NCBI RefSeq assembly: GCF_018977255.1
Contig: NW_024704743.1
Coordinates: 91,824,001-91,888,000, forward strand
Source: Callorhinchus milii
Lineage: Eukaryota
Reading direction: 5' to 3'
Length of the DNA: 64,000 nucleotides
Positions within the stretch are counted from its first letter, which is position 1, and each line of letters opens with the position of its first letter. Below the pieces are notes generated by a model. It was not told the DNA's origin and made no database searches. It saw nothing but the letters and a program-made list of their open reading frames with translations. The translations under genes were made by a program, and so were the position numbers. Positions 13,470 through 26,789 of this stretch are shown here, in pieces.

Positions 13470-14172
13470 GTGTGCAAAGAGGAAGGAATATGAGGAGGCA
13501 GAGTAATTAGACTAACTGTCTGTGATCAGTATTAATGTCAGCATCCCTGCCCCTGAGAAACCAGAGGTAAAAACTTTATAGTGAAATAAAAACAATTTTA
13601 GCTTGTTAAGACCTTGTTACACAGCGATTAGGAGGAACTCTTGCAGCATTGCACAGTTGAAGAGGTACATTAGAAAGTGAGTGTTTAGCTGCAGGTTGGA
13701 CCTGCCATTAATGAGTTTAATGAGGAGGAACATTTTGAAGTATCACCACAGCAGTAACTGGTACAGAGGAGTTTCTGCCTGAGAGTAAGCTGGCCATTAA
13801 CGGGTAGTGATTTCCTAATGGCGATTTGCTCCTGCATGTTTTCACGGGCCATGCGCTGAGAAAATTGCGGAAATATTTGCCAAACGTTGTGGGGAGATTT
13901 GCCGATCTTGGGGGAAATTGTGGGGGAATTTTTAACAACTTTTGCAGAAAATAGCAGGGAGTTGATTGGTGCAACTGAGTTACATTTTACTGCCAAACTA
14001 CATTTTTTCACTTTATTGATAAAAACTAAATATGAGGAAATAACACATATTACATTTGTTGCAAAAAATATTAATTGTTTCTTTAACAAAAACTGGTGGC
14101 CTTTTTTTAGGTGGGGGTGGTGGGGAGGGGGGAAGTGGGAACACCAGCGAAGCTACAGTAGCGCTCAGGGCC

Positions 14173-14462
14173 CAGCACAGCACACAGACCCAGAGAGAGA
14201 GAGACACACAGACAGAGACACTCCCACACACACAGACGCATACACAGACACAGAGAGACACACACACACAGACCCAGAGAGAGAGCCACACACACACAGA
14301 GACACACCCACAACACAGACACACATACACAGACACGGAGCGAGACACACACACAGACGCAGAGAGAGAGAGACACACACAGAGACACACACTCACAGAC
14401 AGACACACACACACTCACAGAGAGAAACAAAACACACTCACAGACACAGAGAGACACATACA
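14173..14462. repeat. Compound (CA)n/(GA)n microsatellite
   Basis: Direct inspection. Confidence 0.97.
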
Positions 14463-14574
14463 TGGGACAGCTTGTCACACTAAGATCACCAGCAGAGGTT
14501 TATAGCCCACTTTGAGCCAGCAGAAATCTAAGGTTTAGGTAACACAGTGTACTAGAGAACTAACATGATATTAT

Positions 14575-14934
14575 ACAATATTAATGCTTGCATTTTATAT
14601 AGTGCCTTATTACGTCTTTGAGACGTCTCAAAGCGCTTCACATAATATACTGTAAAATGAATTGACTGTATATTCTGTGAGCGAAACGTGGCAGCCAATT
14701 GCGCACAGCAGTGTACTACAAACAGTCGTAGATTGAATGACCAATTTTTTTTTTGAAGGAATTATTACCCCTGGAAAAGCAATCTGCCAATCGACTAACA
14801 ACCGGGTTGCTTCTTACTACTACGTAAACAGGGGTGTGTGGACTAAGGAAACTTGCTCAATGTTTTGCCCTGCCAAGAATCCTAGGTCTCTCGTTTCCAA
14901 GGCAAGTGCACTAACCACTGAGCTATAGGAGTCC
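14575..14934 (-). mobile_element. Family A SINE, long subfamily, full length
   Basis: Head ctcctatagctcagtggttag on the minus strand, long central segment, Deu core, tail. Confidence 0.9.
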
Positions 14935-15874
14935 ACATTAGAGTGAGGGATATCAGCTACTTTCCCTCCATCATTTAGTTCCTTATCTCATTCCCTTCCA
15001 TCACTGTAAGCGCTCTGAGATGTTACTCTGTATGAGGGCTATGATAAAAATCCAAGTTGTTGTTGAGCTTCTTATCTCATTCACTTCCACGTGTAAAATT
15101 CCCCAAAGTTGTATAAAAATCCACATTTGGGCAAAATATGTGGTATTGAAAAAACAAGAGCCACTGACTCTAAGTGTGAATTGTGGTTTGTGCTTGGATT
15201 TGTGCAATTTTACTTGCTCCAAGTTAAGATTTATATAGTGATGGACACCCAGCATTTTACCATGAGTCTGAAAGAAGTTTCAAGCAAATTCTAATTGTTT
15301 CCAATCCAAGACATTTTGGTGTGGGTGGCTAATAACCATCGTGAACATCTTATGTTGTTTAACAATACAATTTACAGACTATGCTGTGAAGTTCAGTGAC
15401 TGAGTATTTAGTAGTCAAAAGCACTCTTTTGTTCTTGTTTGTTTTTTGTGTGTACATTACCGTGAGGGATTAGAGTATTGGGAAATTAAAGATGCTCCAC
15501 TTCAAAGCCGCTCTACATTATATCCCCACAGATGGCAGGAAAGACATTGTTCAGATGCAGCGCAGAGGGCCAGCTACATTGTCTTGATGACGTACTTCAA
15601 AATGTATTTCAGCCGGGAGAGCTTCAGAGAATGACATGTCCAATTTCCACACTCTGCTCCTGTGGCTGTCAATGGCAATCAGATTAAGAATGTCTAGCTC
15701 CATTTCATTTGAGGTCTTAACATCCATCAGAGGGACGAGTGTATCATCCGTCTGTCTGTGGGCAGGATAGGAATCCTGGTCTCAGTGTGATGAAGCAGTT
15801 CCAACATGATGTGCTATTCTAAGGTAAATGTTGCTATTGAAGGTTGAGCGATTCTATTTCTATTTCTTTTTCAG

Positions 15875-15901
15875 ATATTCACTGAAAATGTTTTAAAAAA
15901 G
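15875..15901 (+). other. Candidate 27-nt microexon (IFTENVLKK in phase 0)
   Basis: Acceptor ttctatttctatttctttttcag, donor AAG|gtaagc, length divisible by 3, only phase 0 is stop-free. Confidence 0.3.
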
Positions 15902-16024
15902 GTAAGCATAACTTCATTGGGGTTGCCATTCTGCTGAATGTTTACTCCTATCATGGTTATCACTTGAATCCTGAAGGGGACAAATGGGAATTTCAGCACA
16001 AACAACAACAACTTACATTTATCT

Positions 16025-16112
16025 AGTGAAGATATAGATCAGCCGTGATCTAATTAAATGGCGGAACAGGCTCGACGGGCTGAATGGCCTACTCCTGTTC
16101 CTATGTTCCTAT
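16025..16112 (+). mobile_element. Shark-type CR1/HE1 3' tail nested in a minus-strand L2 tail
   Basis: gatcagccgtgatctaattaaatggcggaacaggctcgacgggctgaatggcctactcctgttcctatgttcc splits caacaacttacatttat|atttatatagcaccc. Confidence 0.8.
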
Positions 16113-17311
16113 ATTTATATAGCACCCCTCACCCAGGCAGTGTACCAGGAAGTTTATGTTTACACCAAAGGTCATTAAGTACCAGGAACAGGTTACCAGA
16201 AGGAATATTAGAGGCCGGGGGTAAAGGAAAAGGCCAGGTAAATGGGACTGTAAATGATTGCTCTTTAAAAGAGCCAGAACAGACCCAATGAGCCGAATTG
16301 CCCTCTTCTGTGGGCAATTTCAATTTCTACAGTTCTATCAGAAGAGGGTGGGTATTTTCCATCTGAACCTCTCTTGGGATCCTGTTATATGGTGGGAAAA
16401 AAGAGACAACCAACGTGAATTCTGGAATTGGAAAAGAGTGACTGCTTTGGTGATTGTGAATGGTGAAAAGTGTGTGGATGAGATGTTAGGATTTCTCAGC
16501 GAATAGTGCCTCTGCTGGATTGCGTCCATTGGGAACAACATGGTGGTGCTCTTTATGTGCTACAATATTATGTGTGTTTGTGTATATTTATTGTGGGATG
16601 GCTATACAGAACTATGCCGTGTGCTTCATGTTTATTTAGCAGATCTGCAAAAATTTCAATTCCAAACAGAAACGAGACAGAACAACACACAATTATTTTA
16701 GCTGCTGGGTCTATAATTCTACCAAAATGGCCTGTGAACCATTGATTGACATCCACTGAATACAAATTTACCTTATCAATGCGTCTAACAAGAGACCATA
16801 GCAGTAATCAGCTACGTGGCTCAGCACTGACGTGCTCTAACTGCATGCCACAGCAGCACCTCATCCTGACTCTCACTCACAACATTGCTGCGCATTTGCC
16901 TTGATGAATGTTAAGTGGTGACTGGGTTACATCCAGAGAGTATTCAGTTCTGCCACTCTTTCAATGGTTTTAGGTCAAACAGGAAAATCGTAAATCGGGG
17001 CTGGGGAACGTACGGATTTTTGTGCTTTTTTGGCAGATGGTCGTCTAAAATTAAACATAACGCAAAATGTTTTATTTAAAAAGCCGTGCCTTGAATTCAA
17101 GCACGATTACACTTTAGGATGGTGCCAAACCAATACTGAACTAATCGTCAGGAAAAAACATTCTCCAGAAGTTCAGTGGGGTGCTTATCCCCAAACAGTG
17201 GTTAAGTGCTGGACAGATTGCAAATTCTGTCGTTGTGGTAATTATCACCTTCCACAAATGTTTGTCACATACCACAAATAGAACTATAGAAATTTACAGT
17301 ACATTCAGCCC

Positions 17312-17382
17312 ATCAGGATAGAAGGAGTAAACTTACACTTTAGCCATATTCACTTTAACCAGTTTACTCCTTGTATCCTGAT
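17312..17382. repeat. 22-bp inverted repeat with 27-nt spacer
   Basis: atcaggatagaaggagtaaact (17312-17333) pairs with agtttactccttgtatcctgat (17361-17382) at 21/22 positions. Confidence 0.85.
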
Positions 17383-19149
17383 CCCACTTAAATTCTGTAT
17401 AGTGGAACCCTATTTATTATAATTATTTTATTACCACTTTCCTGTCTCCAGTCACTTCTCTCCTTGTCATTTCTGATTTTTCTCAGCTCATATCCATTCC
17501 TTCACTGTTCCTCCTTTCTCTTCAATGAGCGACATGCATTTATTCTATTTCCACTGATTGGTTGCTGAAGTTCAACTGCACAGAGAGGGCATACAAAGAC
17601 CAGTACATGAAACTTTTCGATCCACGACAACCATTTTGATTATAAACCAAGAATTGCGATCTTAATGGTTTTGAAGGCTGTATAGAAACACAAATATTGA
17701 CATACAATTAAAAGTCCTAAGAATGCGGTGTGTATTTTTTTTTAAACCTGGCTACCTGAACTTCAGAGATTTGAGTGTGAGATGCATTCAGAAAGCTCAA
17801 CTGCACTTCTTGTGCAGTTTGGAGATTGCAAGATCATAAAACAAGTTCAGATAAAAACCTTTGGTCCATTTGATCTCCTCCTTCTATCTAGTCTTATGAT
17901 TCAGGTGATATAAAGGAACTGCTCTGCTGTTATTATTTCAAATAAAAGGAATATTTTCTCTTGGTTATTATCTTGGTTCACATTTCCAAATTTATCCCAA
18001 ATTCAAATGAATTGGGCTACTCATTTCTTTTTGGCACACTGGTGAAAGTTTAGCTGTCACACTTGCCTAGATAACAACATTCGCTTCATTTCTACTGCAT
18101 TTGATTTGAAAAATACTTTACAGCATCAAGCTGTTTTTAAATGAATACAGTGTACTGCCTCCCTGGTAACCTGTTCCAGACCCCACATGTCAGGTTAATC
18201 ATTGGAGTTCCTTTACTCCTTCTCTCCTGAAGAAGCCAATGCAGATATACAGGATTTGGCCTCTCTCAAACATTCCCTTTTCAAGTGTAAGCACAGCCAT
18301 GTTGACAGGTTATTTTCTCACTGGGGTATCATAGGCAAACCATGGTATGTCCTCACCTGACATTCACAATGGAGATCACTTGTCAGCACTCAGAAGCGTG
18401 ATCCCTGGCTGCTATTACCTCTTGTCTAGTCCAGGAGCAATAAAGCTGGTCACAACTACCCTACTGCTGTCTTCAGTCATATGTTCTTAACGGACAATTC
18501 ATTTAAACATTTTTTCCAACACTTGGGAAATATGGGAAAAAAAACGTGCTTATGCCATTGTGATTTTCTTGCAAAAGTGCCTAATTTCAATTTTATTTGA
18601 GGAAAAACATCCCTGGTTACGCACAGCCATTTGGGGACTGGTAGATTGAAAATGACAGTATATATAAACCACCCAAGGCTGGTGTGAAAACTAGGACACC
18701 ATATTGTCAGAATCACCAATCTTCAACAAGGTGTTAGAGAGAGGATGTGTCCGCAGGTCGTGGTGGCTGATAGAGCTGGCACTTTCAGAGGCCTTGTGAT
18801 TCACTTAGTGATCTTGCCACAAGCAGGATAAGTCCAGTACTCTGGCAAGTAGTCACTCCCTACTCTGAATCTGCGGTACCTTAATAAAAATGTGATGTGG
18901 CATCTGACTGGCTTACTCTGGTTAAATTGCCTTGAGATGAGCCTCTAGACTCACAGTTCAAATGGATCATGTACAGTTCACAGTTTCATGTCTGCGCTCC
19001 TTGTAGTTGACTCGGGGTCTCTCGCTCACAATTCACTTCAAGTTTTTTCCTGATATGCCTCTCCAAGGACTCTAATAGAACATGATTTCTAATTCGAGTG
19101 GTGGAACTCCTCCCAATATATTACATACAATGCCCCAAACAATTTATAT

Positions 19150-19500
19150 TTAGATAGCAACTTGCATGTCTGCAGGATATCTAAAAGTGCTTTATACAGC
19201 TGACTGGATATCTGAGCCAGGGGATGGGAGCTGAAGAAGTGGGAAGAAGTATGTTTTGAGGCAGGCTTTGAAAGTAGGGAGGGAGAGGAAGATTCAGAGG
19301 AACTCAAGGATGGAGTTCCAGAGAAAGGGGACAGAATGGCTGAAACCTCGTCCGTTGATGGCGGATAGAGAATGGGGGACATGAAGTTTGCTGAGCGAAG
19401 GGAGCGGCTGGGTTAGTTGGATCATAGGAGGTTGTAGACATAGGGTGGGATGAGGCCGTGGAGGAATTTGAATCTGAAGACAAGGATCTTGAATTTTAAT
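19150..19500 (-). mobile_element. L2 LINE 3' fragment
   Basis: Reverse strand reads F-K-I-L-V-F, later tctggaactcc (LWNS-like) and a tail remnant. Confidence 0.7.
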
Positions 19501-20547
19501 ACTCTGAGAGTATTGAACATATCAGTTAAAGAGGTTTACAGCAGCCTAAATCACTATTGCTATACCCCTCTTACACAAAGTGTTGTGAATATATGAAACA
19601 GTTTACCAGGCAGACATTTCAGGGGTCTAAGTTGTGAAATTTGCAACCTGGATTGATTCTGTTAATTGCAACTTCCATTTTCTAAATATCCAATTGCAAA
19701 ATCCACTGTTGGTGAAATCCAAATCCGAAATGGACAAAGTCAATTTCCTGCCAGTTTTTCTTTGTTGGTGTCTTGGACTTTTTCGGATCTTTTTGGCTTG
19801 GGATCTGTCACCCAGTGAGGACTGTGAATTTGTTGCATAGGAGATTGTAGTTTGACCCAGTGCATTGAAAGCACCAAATGAATGAAGCTTTTTCTGGTCA
19901 AGATCTTGCTTTGTGAAAAGATTTCTGAATAACCTGGAAAAATCAAATCAAATGAATTACCCTTGCAGCTCATACAGAACAGACATTGTCATTTCAATTT
20001 GGTGGAAAGGCAGGATCTTTCAAAGGCTATCTGTTTCATAACGGATTATCTAAATTTGGTTAATAATGTAAAATTCATGCCACGTTATGAAAATAATTAT
20101 CTCTTCTTCCCTTTTGTAGCAAAAAAAATAAATTATGTATTTTTCATTGATATGAAAAGAGGTCTAATGAGTATTCCCTTGTCTGGACATATATGGCTGA
20201 GTATTTTTAATCATCAGTGGTTCTTAAGACTTTTTTTAATAAAATATTTAATAGTGCTGTATACCGTTATTAATTTAAAATAACCTAGATATCAAAAGGA
20301 CAAAGACTATAAAGAGGTTAAAATAACTGTATTTCGCACTTATTATAGCAGCAGCAAGATGCCTCATTCCTTATTTTCAGCACAAATTACTGAGAAAGTC
20401 AAATAATCTTCACAACTCATTCAGCTTCATCAGAAGCACAACTAAACAAAGCATATCTTGATAAAGCCTTTTGCTTCCTTCTTCGTCAACACATTGTTAC
20501 CGAACATTCTTAAATTTAACCTAAGTTTGCAAGCCAGTTTTATAACA

Positions 20548-20810
20548 CAGTACAAATTTGCATTTATATCGTGCCTTTCACATTGGAAGGATGTCCCAAG
20601 GACTCTTGATGGTCCTGGCTTTCCACCTGAGCTGGGGATGGGATCCAATGGGGGTGAAGAAGGGCAAGAAGGCACAGTCAAAGAGGAGGGTGGACTTTTA
20701 AAGGAGGTGAGGGAGGGAGTGAGTCAGAGGGACTCAGGGCTGGAGTTATACAGAGTGGGGGGAGATAGGCTGAAAGCTGCCAACGATGGAGCAGGTAGGC
20801 TGGGGGGCAT
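20548..20810 (-). mobile_element. L2 LINE 3' fragment
   Basis: gcatttatatcgtgcctttcacattggaaggatgtcccaagg tail followed by purine-rich body. Confidence 0.7.
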
Positions 20811-22065
20811 GAAGCAGGTCAGCCTTCTGCTGTCCTTGAAATTTTTTTTCACAGTTCTGTATGACCTTCAATTTTAATACCCTCAGTATTATATGAGTGG
20901 AATTTGAGGGCAAAGATCTTTATGATAAAATTACAGCTGTTGTTAATATCTCTGTGTATAGAATCTCCTATTATACCATGACCGCATAGAGGCAGCGCTT
21001 GTCAAAGTCACAAACAATGTCCTTTCTAACCTTGACCAGGGCTCCGTCCCTTGCAAAACTGAAGAGCCTCAGCTGGTCTACTCATAGCTCATTCCTCTAA
21101 CACTGGGGGTCATCCTCAGCTTGTGTTTCAATCACCATGACTCTAGATGCGGCCTCAGCAAAGCACAATATAACTTGAGGATGACTTCTGTGGAGCTGAA
21201 CTCAACTAACTTCCTTTGTCTTTGGATTTATTTTTTTTAAATCTCTTTTTAATTTGGTTTAATTTGATTTGCCATATTCTTTGCTCAAATAACTGATTAA
21301 CTCTTATATCATTCTGCTTGGATAAAAGTTAATCTATTTGGGTTCAGCAATTAGTCAGAGCTGCTTGTAGATGGAGAATTAGGATATTGGGATGTTAGCT
21401 TTCCCAAGTTAGCTTTAGCAAAGAAGATTGAATGCTTGGATTCGTGAAGCAAAAATTCAGGACGTGCAGAAATCCCCAAGTGGATTGATAGTTTCTAACC
21501 TTTGCTTGTAATCAAGAACCAAAGAGAATGTTTAATTTCCCTCATCTTCAATTTAGAGTTAGCAATAATCATACTATTCATAACTTTCCTAAAGTGATTG
21601 ATTTATATCATTTAAACTGCATTCAATTCTGTGTCAATTTTCTTTTGCAAAATATATAACATTCTTAAAATTGATATTTTATTCCTTGATGCAATAAATA
21701 ATGCATATACAATTACATTCATTCAATAGATAGGTAGATTAATGAATATTACAGAGAATAATTTAATTCACTTTTTAAAAAAATCTGTCTAAATATTCCT
21801 ATGTAATTTAGCTGATAATTATTTTATTGGTGAGGTTATATTTTGTTCCAATAAAGTCTTTACAGTTTGTGTGAACAAAACTCAGCTTAGTTGCATATGA
21901 TTTGTTCTGCCTTCATAATGCTTTTTGATAAAATATTAGTCTCTCAAATAGATCACTTTCCCTTTAAAATATCCTATAAAGTAACCTATAAAGCAACTCA
22001 TGTTTTATAACTGAACTTTTTGAACTCATATATTCTAAGCAACTACAGCATGCATTTATATAGGA

Positions 22066-22340
22066 GACAACAACAACTTGCATTTATATTACAATTTAAT
22101 ACAAAATTACATTTGTATAACGTCTTTCACATCAGGAGGACGTTCCAAGGCACTGGACAATCAGGGTTTCAGACCTGAGTTGGGCGTCGGGATCGGGGAG
22201 GTGTAGGGAAGGGAGGGTAGGAGGATGACCAAAGGCTTAGTCGAAGAGGAGGGTTTTGAATGGTGCCTTGAAGGAGGCAAAGGAGGGAGTGAGGTGAAGT
22301 GAATGCGGGATAGGGTGGGGGTAGAAAGGCTGAAGGCCAA
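22066..22340 (-). mobile_element. L2 LINE 3' fragment(s)
   Basis: Two stacked tails (caacaacttgcatttat; acatttgtataacgtctttcacatcaggaggacg); reverse of the KT.LFD.AFG-like motif. Confidence 0.75.
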
Positions 22341-24242
22341 ACAACCTGCCTGATTCTCAAAAATGTTCAGCGCTAAAACTTTAGAGAAATTTAAACCAAA
22401 CATCAATGAACTCACCGTATTCAAACACATGTCCAGGTCCATCTCCTCCACATTGGGGCCCCACAAATGGCGGAACATAATGTGGAACCCTTTGTGGAGA
22501 ATCATTGTCTTGTTGCATTGGCTGGTGTGTTGTCTGAGATCAGTAAAATTGTACCCTTCATGTAAAATAATGTCTTGGAGTGTTGGGACCGGAGGCTGAG
22601 CAATGAAGGAGGAAGATGTGAGTGTAAGTTCAATTGAAGAGATAGGTCTTGTGGCATGATTTAAAGACAGATAGAGGGAGGGAGTTCCATAGGTAATAAC
22701 TGAAGGCTCAGCCACTGATGGTTGTGTGGATGGAAGTGGGGACAAGCAGGAAGCCCAAGTTAGCCAGTTGGAATGGTGAATATTTTTTATTTAAAAAAGT
22801 TTGATGCTGTGAGCGGAAGATGGTAGAGTGTGTATTCTGGAAGGATGAGGTCCAATTGGCCGAAGAACTTTCTTCAACCAAATCAGTCTTGTGATCTTGT
22901 GAAGACGCCTCATGTCTTTGTCATAGCAGAAGGTGCTGTCCGGTGATTTCCATATGTATCACAAAGTAGACAGAATCTAAATTAATGACACACAATAAAA
23001 AGTCACTTAAATAGATAACAAGCCATAAACTTATATTTAATTCGCAATATTGTTAAAAATAATGAAGGTTATTGATGGATTCAACTATCATATAGCCTTT
23101 GACTGTGGTATCTTTCGGCACATCTCCTGTGAAACGTCTCAGTCCCCAGCTGACAATATCATGCGTCCAGAGGAAGCACGTGGATCCAAAATATGGCTAT
23201 GCTGATTTCACACTGTAAACGTATTTCAATTTAGCTGTGTGTGCTGAAGTTGAGTTGAAGTTGTCCACCACATTTGATTTAGTTACATATGAAATTATAC
23301 TTTAACTTCAGTTCATTTTGAAAATAATGTGAACCCCCTGTCCTGAATTTCCAGTTGATGAAAGGGTTAGGCAATGTGCTCATTATAGATTTAATAAATC
23401 TATGCTGCTTGTTTGGAGAGGCCTTTTGGCCTTGAAATTGAGAAGTGCCCCTGCCATTATCTCTGAGTTTTAATAGTTCCAGTTGTAGTTGTGCTTTGAA
23501 GTTTAACAACACCTGCTTTACGCTTTGAATTTTAATACACAGTTAATGGTGTCAGTTGTGCACTTGGATTTTAATGGAATTTGTGTCTCTGGTTCTCTGA
23601 TTGTTGGTAAATTTACCCACTTTCATAGTGTGACCTTGTAGGTGAGAAATGTGTGTGAGATAATTTCCGCCAATGATAATCAGACATTGTAGGACATTCT
23701 GCTCCTTGAAGATGTCCCAATAATAACTGCAACTTTGTTGAAATGGTTTCGTGCTAAAGCTGGTTTATGAACTTATTGATCCACCTGGAGGAGATTTTGA
23801 CTCTGTCACCGTTCGGATGCCAGGATGTCAGTGCAGATTTCGACTCTGTCATTCTGGAGATCCCAGGGTGTCAGAGCTGGTTTGACTCCAGGGTTTGGAA
23901 ATTACTTTTGTAATTGGAGAATGTCTGATTCTTAGAGGCCACAGTTGTTCATTAACTAGGGTAGTGGGGAAAACAGATCCCTGGTAGCCTATCATTGTCT
24001 TTCTCATCCTAGCTGATCAGTGGCAGACGGGCTCTGTTTGCTCTGATAATGTTGACTGGCCGATCATACTAACGTGTATGACATTGATATTTTTCATTTC
24101 TGGTGCTCTAGAAAATTGTCATTCCTGTGCTCTGTGTGGTTTAATAGACAAGAGGACCTGTGTTCCCCATAGTTTGGGGGTATAATAATAATATTATTAA
24201 TAGGCCTTATCACAAATGCAGAGTCCGTAACCACATTTAGTA

Positions 24243-24547
24243 ATTATAATAATCCTTGCATTTAATATAATGCCTTTCACGTCTTCTAGATGTATCAAAG
24301 CACTTCACAGAATATACTGTAAAGTGAATTGACTGTATATTTGTGGACGAAACGCAGCAACCAATTGCGCACAACAGTGTCCCACAAACAGTCATGGATT
24401 GAAGTGACCAATTTTCTTATTTTTTTCTTGAGAGATTATTATCAGGCATGTGGAGTAAGGAAACTTACCCAAGGTTTCGCCCTGCCGGGAATCGAACCCA
24501 GGTCTCTCGCTTGCGAGGCGAGTGCTCTAACATCTGACCTACAGGAC
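24243..24547 (-). mobile_element. Family A SINE, short subfamily, full length
   Basis: B box ggttcgattcc on the minus strand (ggaatcgaacc), Deu core, tail. Confidence 0.92.
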
Positions 24548-24551
24548 TTCT

Positions 24552-25100
24552 TTATATGAAGTAACATGCGGGGAATTATGGTGCATTAGGAGACTTGAAG
24601 AGGCTGGAGAGAATCTTGCATGGTTCTATAACTTTTGGTACTCTTAGTGGGAGGATTGGGACTGGGTCTTCTCAGTAGCATAAAAAAAAGATATGATAAT
24701 AATAATTCTTGCATTTGATAGTGCCTTACCACATTGTTGAGATGTCTCAAAGCACTTTGCAGAATATACTGTAAAGTGAATTGACTCTATATTTTGTGGG
24801 CGAAACGCAGCTGCAAATTGCACACTGAAATGTCCACACACATTCGTGGATTGAGTGACCAATTTTTATTTTTGATGGATTATTACCCCGGAAAGTTTAT
24901 TATTTGCTTATTATTATTGGAAAAATTATTATTGGTACTCTTGGTGGGAGGATTGGGACTGGGTTTTCTCAGTAGCACAAAAACCACAACATGATGAGAC
25001 ACAAAGCAAAGCCGAACCACAAAGGAATCATGCATGATCCTCTCCAGTCTCTTCAAGTCTCCTAATACACTGCACATTCCCCACATATTACTTCATATAA
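24552..25100. mobile_element. MITE-like element with ~75-bp terminal inverted repeats, interrupted by a SINE
   Basis: ttatatgaagtaacatgcgggga..ttaggagacttgaagaggctggagag..gcatggttc (24552-24626) is the near reverse complement of 25024-25100; TA-rich outer ends. Confidence 0.75.
24693..24895 (-). mobile_element. Family A SINE, 5'-truncated, inside the MITE-like element
   Basis: Tail plus Deu core; flanked by a 52-bp direct repeat. Confidence 0.88.
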
Positions 25101-25477
25101 TAATTACAAATCACACTGATCAATCAATAGTGTGACAAAGTGAATGGACAACAGCATTGCTTATGTCATATCAGGCTTGTGGCTGAAAGGCTTGGTGATG
25201 GGTTGTGTTAAACATTGTGGAAATAAAGCTGTCAGTGGGAGATGAGATTGAAATATTTTTGAGGATTAATCATCCTTTGTGTCACCTAATGTTGATGCAG
25301 TCTATCAACTCCATTTACTGGTCCAGTGTGTTTAATAAAAACTCTTGCTATAATTGCACTTGTGGGTAGAGCAGGAAATAACTTCAGTTCTATGGTGTGT
25401 TGTGTAAAGCTTTAGTTTAACCCTGCACAAGCAAATATTGTAATTTTAATTGTTCTGCCCTGTATTGTGTGACAGAC

Positions 25478-25760
25478 TGGCTCAGTTAGTAGCGCTCTCA
25501 CCTCTGAGTCAGAAGGTTGTAAGTTCAAGTCCCATAATTGTTTATATTGGCACTGCAATGCTATATTGGATGGGTGCTGTATTGTTGGAGGTGTTGTCCT
25601 TCAGAAGAGACATTAAACCGAGGACCCGCCTCCTTGATCAGGTGGAAAATAAAGATCTCATGGCATAGTTCGAAAAGAGAAGGGAGTATCTCCCAGTGTC
25701 CTGGCCGATCATCCCCCAGACACAACTGCTCATTCACTTTATGGTTGTTTGTGGGACAAA
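25478..25760 (+). mobile_element. Family B SINE
   Basis: tggctcagttagtagcgctctcacctctgagtcagaagg..gttcaagtccc head and gagacattaaaccgagg core. Confidence 0.8.
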
Positions 25761-26789
25761 CATGCATTGGTGATCCAATAAATATCAGATTACCCTTTAT
25801 TTTAGCTAGAGTTGACATTGAAAAAACACAACAAAATGTTTGGTAAGAATTTTGAAATATAGGCTATGTAAACTAGAAATAAAAGAATGGCTGATTTGAC
25901 TGTGAGATTTCCATGATCAGCCTCCTTCTGCATATTGATGTACCTGATCTCACATGTACATCAGATATGTACCATTTTGTTAAAACCAGAAATACATTCA
26001 CAGCATTGCATAATATATCAAAACATTGAGTGGTGCCAAATCAGACAGCAATGTTGAACAAGTATATATTTTGTGATGTGACCAGCTAAATCATCCCATT
26101 GTGTGGATTTATTTTCCATGTTGCTAACACATGTTAAATCCCTCCACAGACATATTACACATTCAGATTAACACCAGCCAGTGTGCAAAACAGCTTCTGT
26201 GGTGGGCAAACAGAATGTTGACTGAAGCCAAGTATCAGTAAACTGTGGTTCGAAAATGAATGCCACAGCCAGAATGGAGTCAATCATAGCTACTGTTTTG
26301 CTGCAAAGTATTTCCTGTGGGTATTCTGCTCTTTCACTGCAATGACTGGAGCCAAGAATATGACTGGCTCAATCGTAAGTGGGATTTGCATTGTTATTCA
26401 CAGTGCTGGGGTTACAACTGGATTAAATCCCAAAGAAGAGGAGAGATGTCAGTCAAATTTTGAAAAGTTCACTAAGCTCGACTGCAGAGTTCATGTACCA
26501 TTCACCAGAGACCAATTCACCAAGGGTATCAGACAGCAAAAGGGAGGTGATAACAAATAAGAAAACTGACAGGATTTTTTGGACAAATAAGGGCTGCTCT
26601 GAAATGTAGGGGGTGTAAGCATTCAGGATTTGAATTTTCCAGCAATCAAGACAATGATTGCCTTCACAGAATAATAATATGTTCATTGAACTATTTCAAC
26701 TCTGAATGTCACCGGGCGTCAAAGCATCTGAATGTACTCTACATTTAACTGGTCCAGTATTGATCACTGATTTTAAATAATCAACAAGC

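Noticed and set aside
13887..14505. Overlapping 120-200 aa ORFs
   Set aside because: Produced by the stop-free CA/GA microsatellite
15824..15874. Intron between a GTAAAT donor and the microexon acceptor
   Set aside because: 51 nt is below the usual vertebrate minimum intron size
22161..22745. 194-aa ORF
   Set aside because: Spans L2 fragments in non-native frames joined by unrelated sequence
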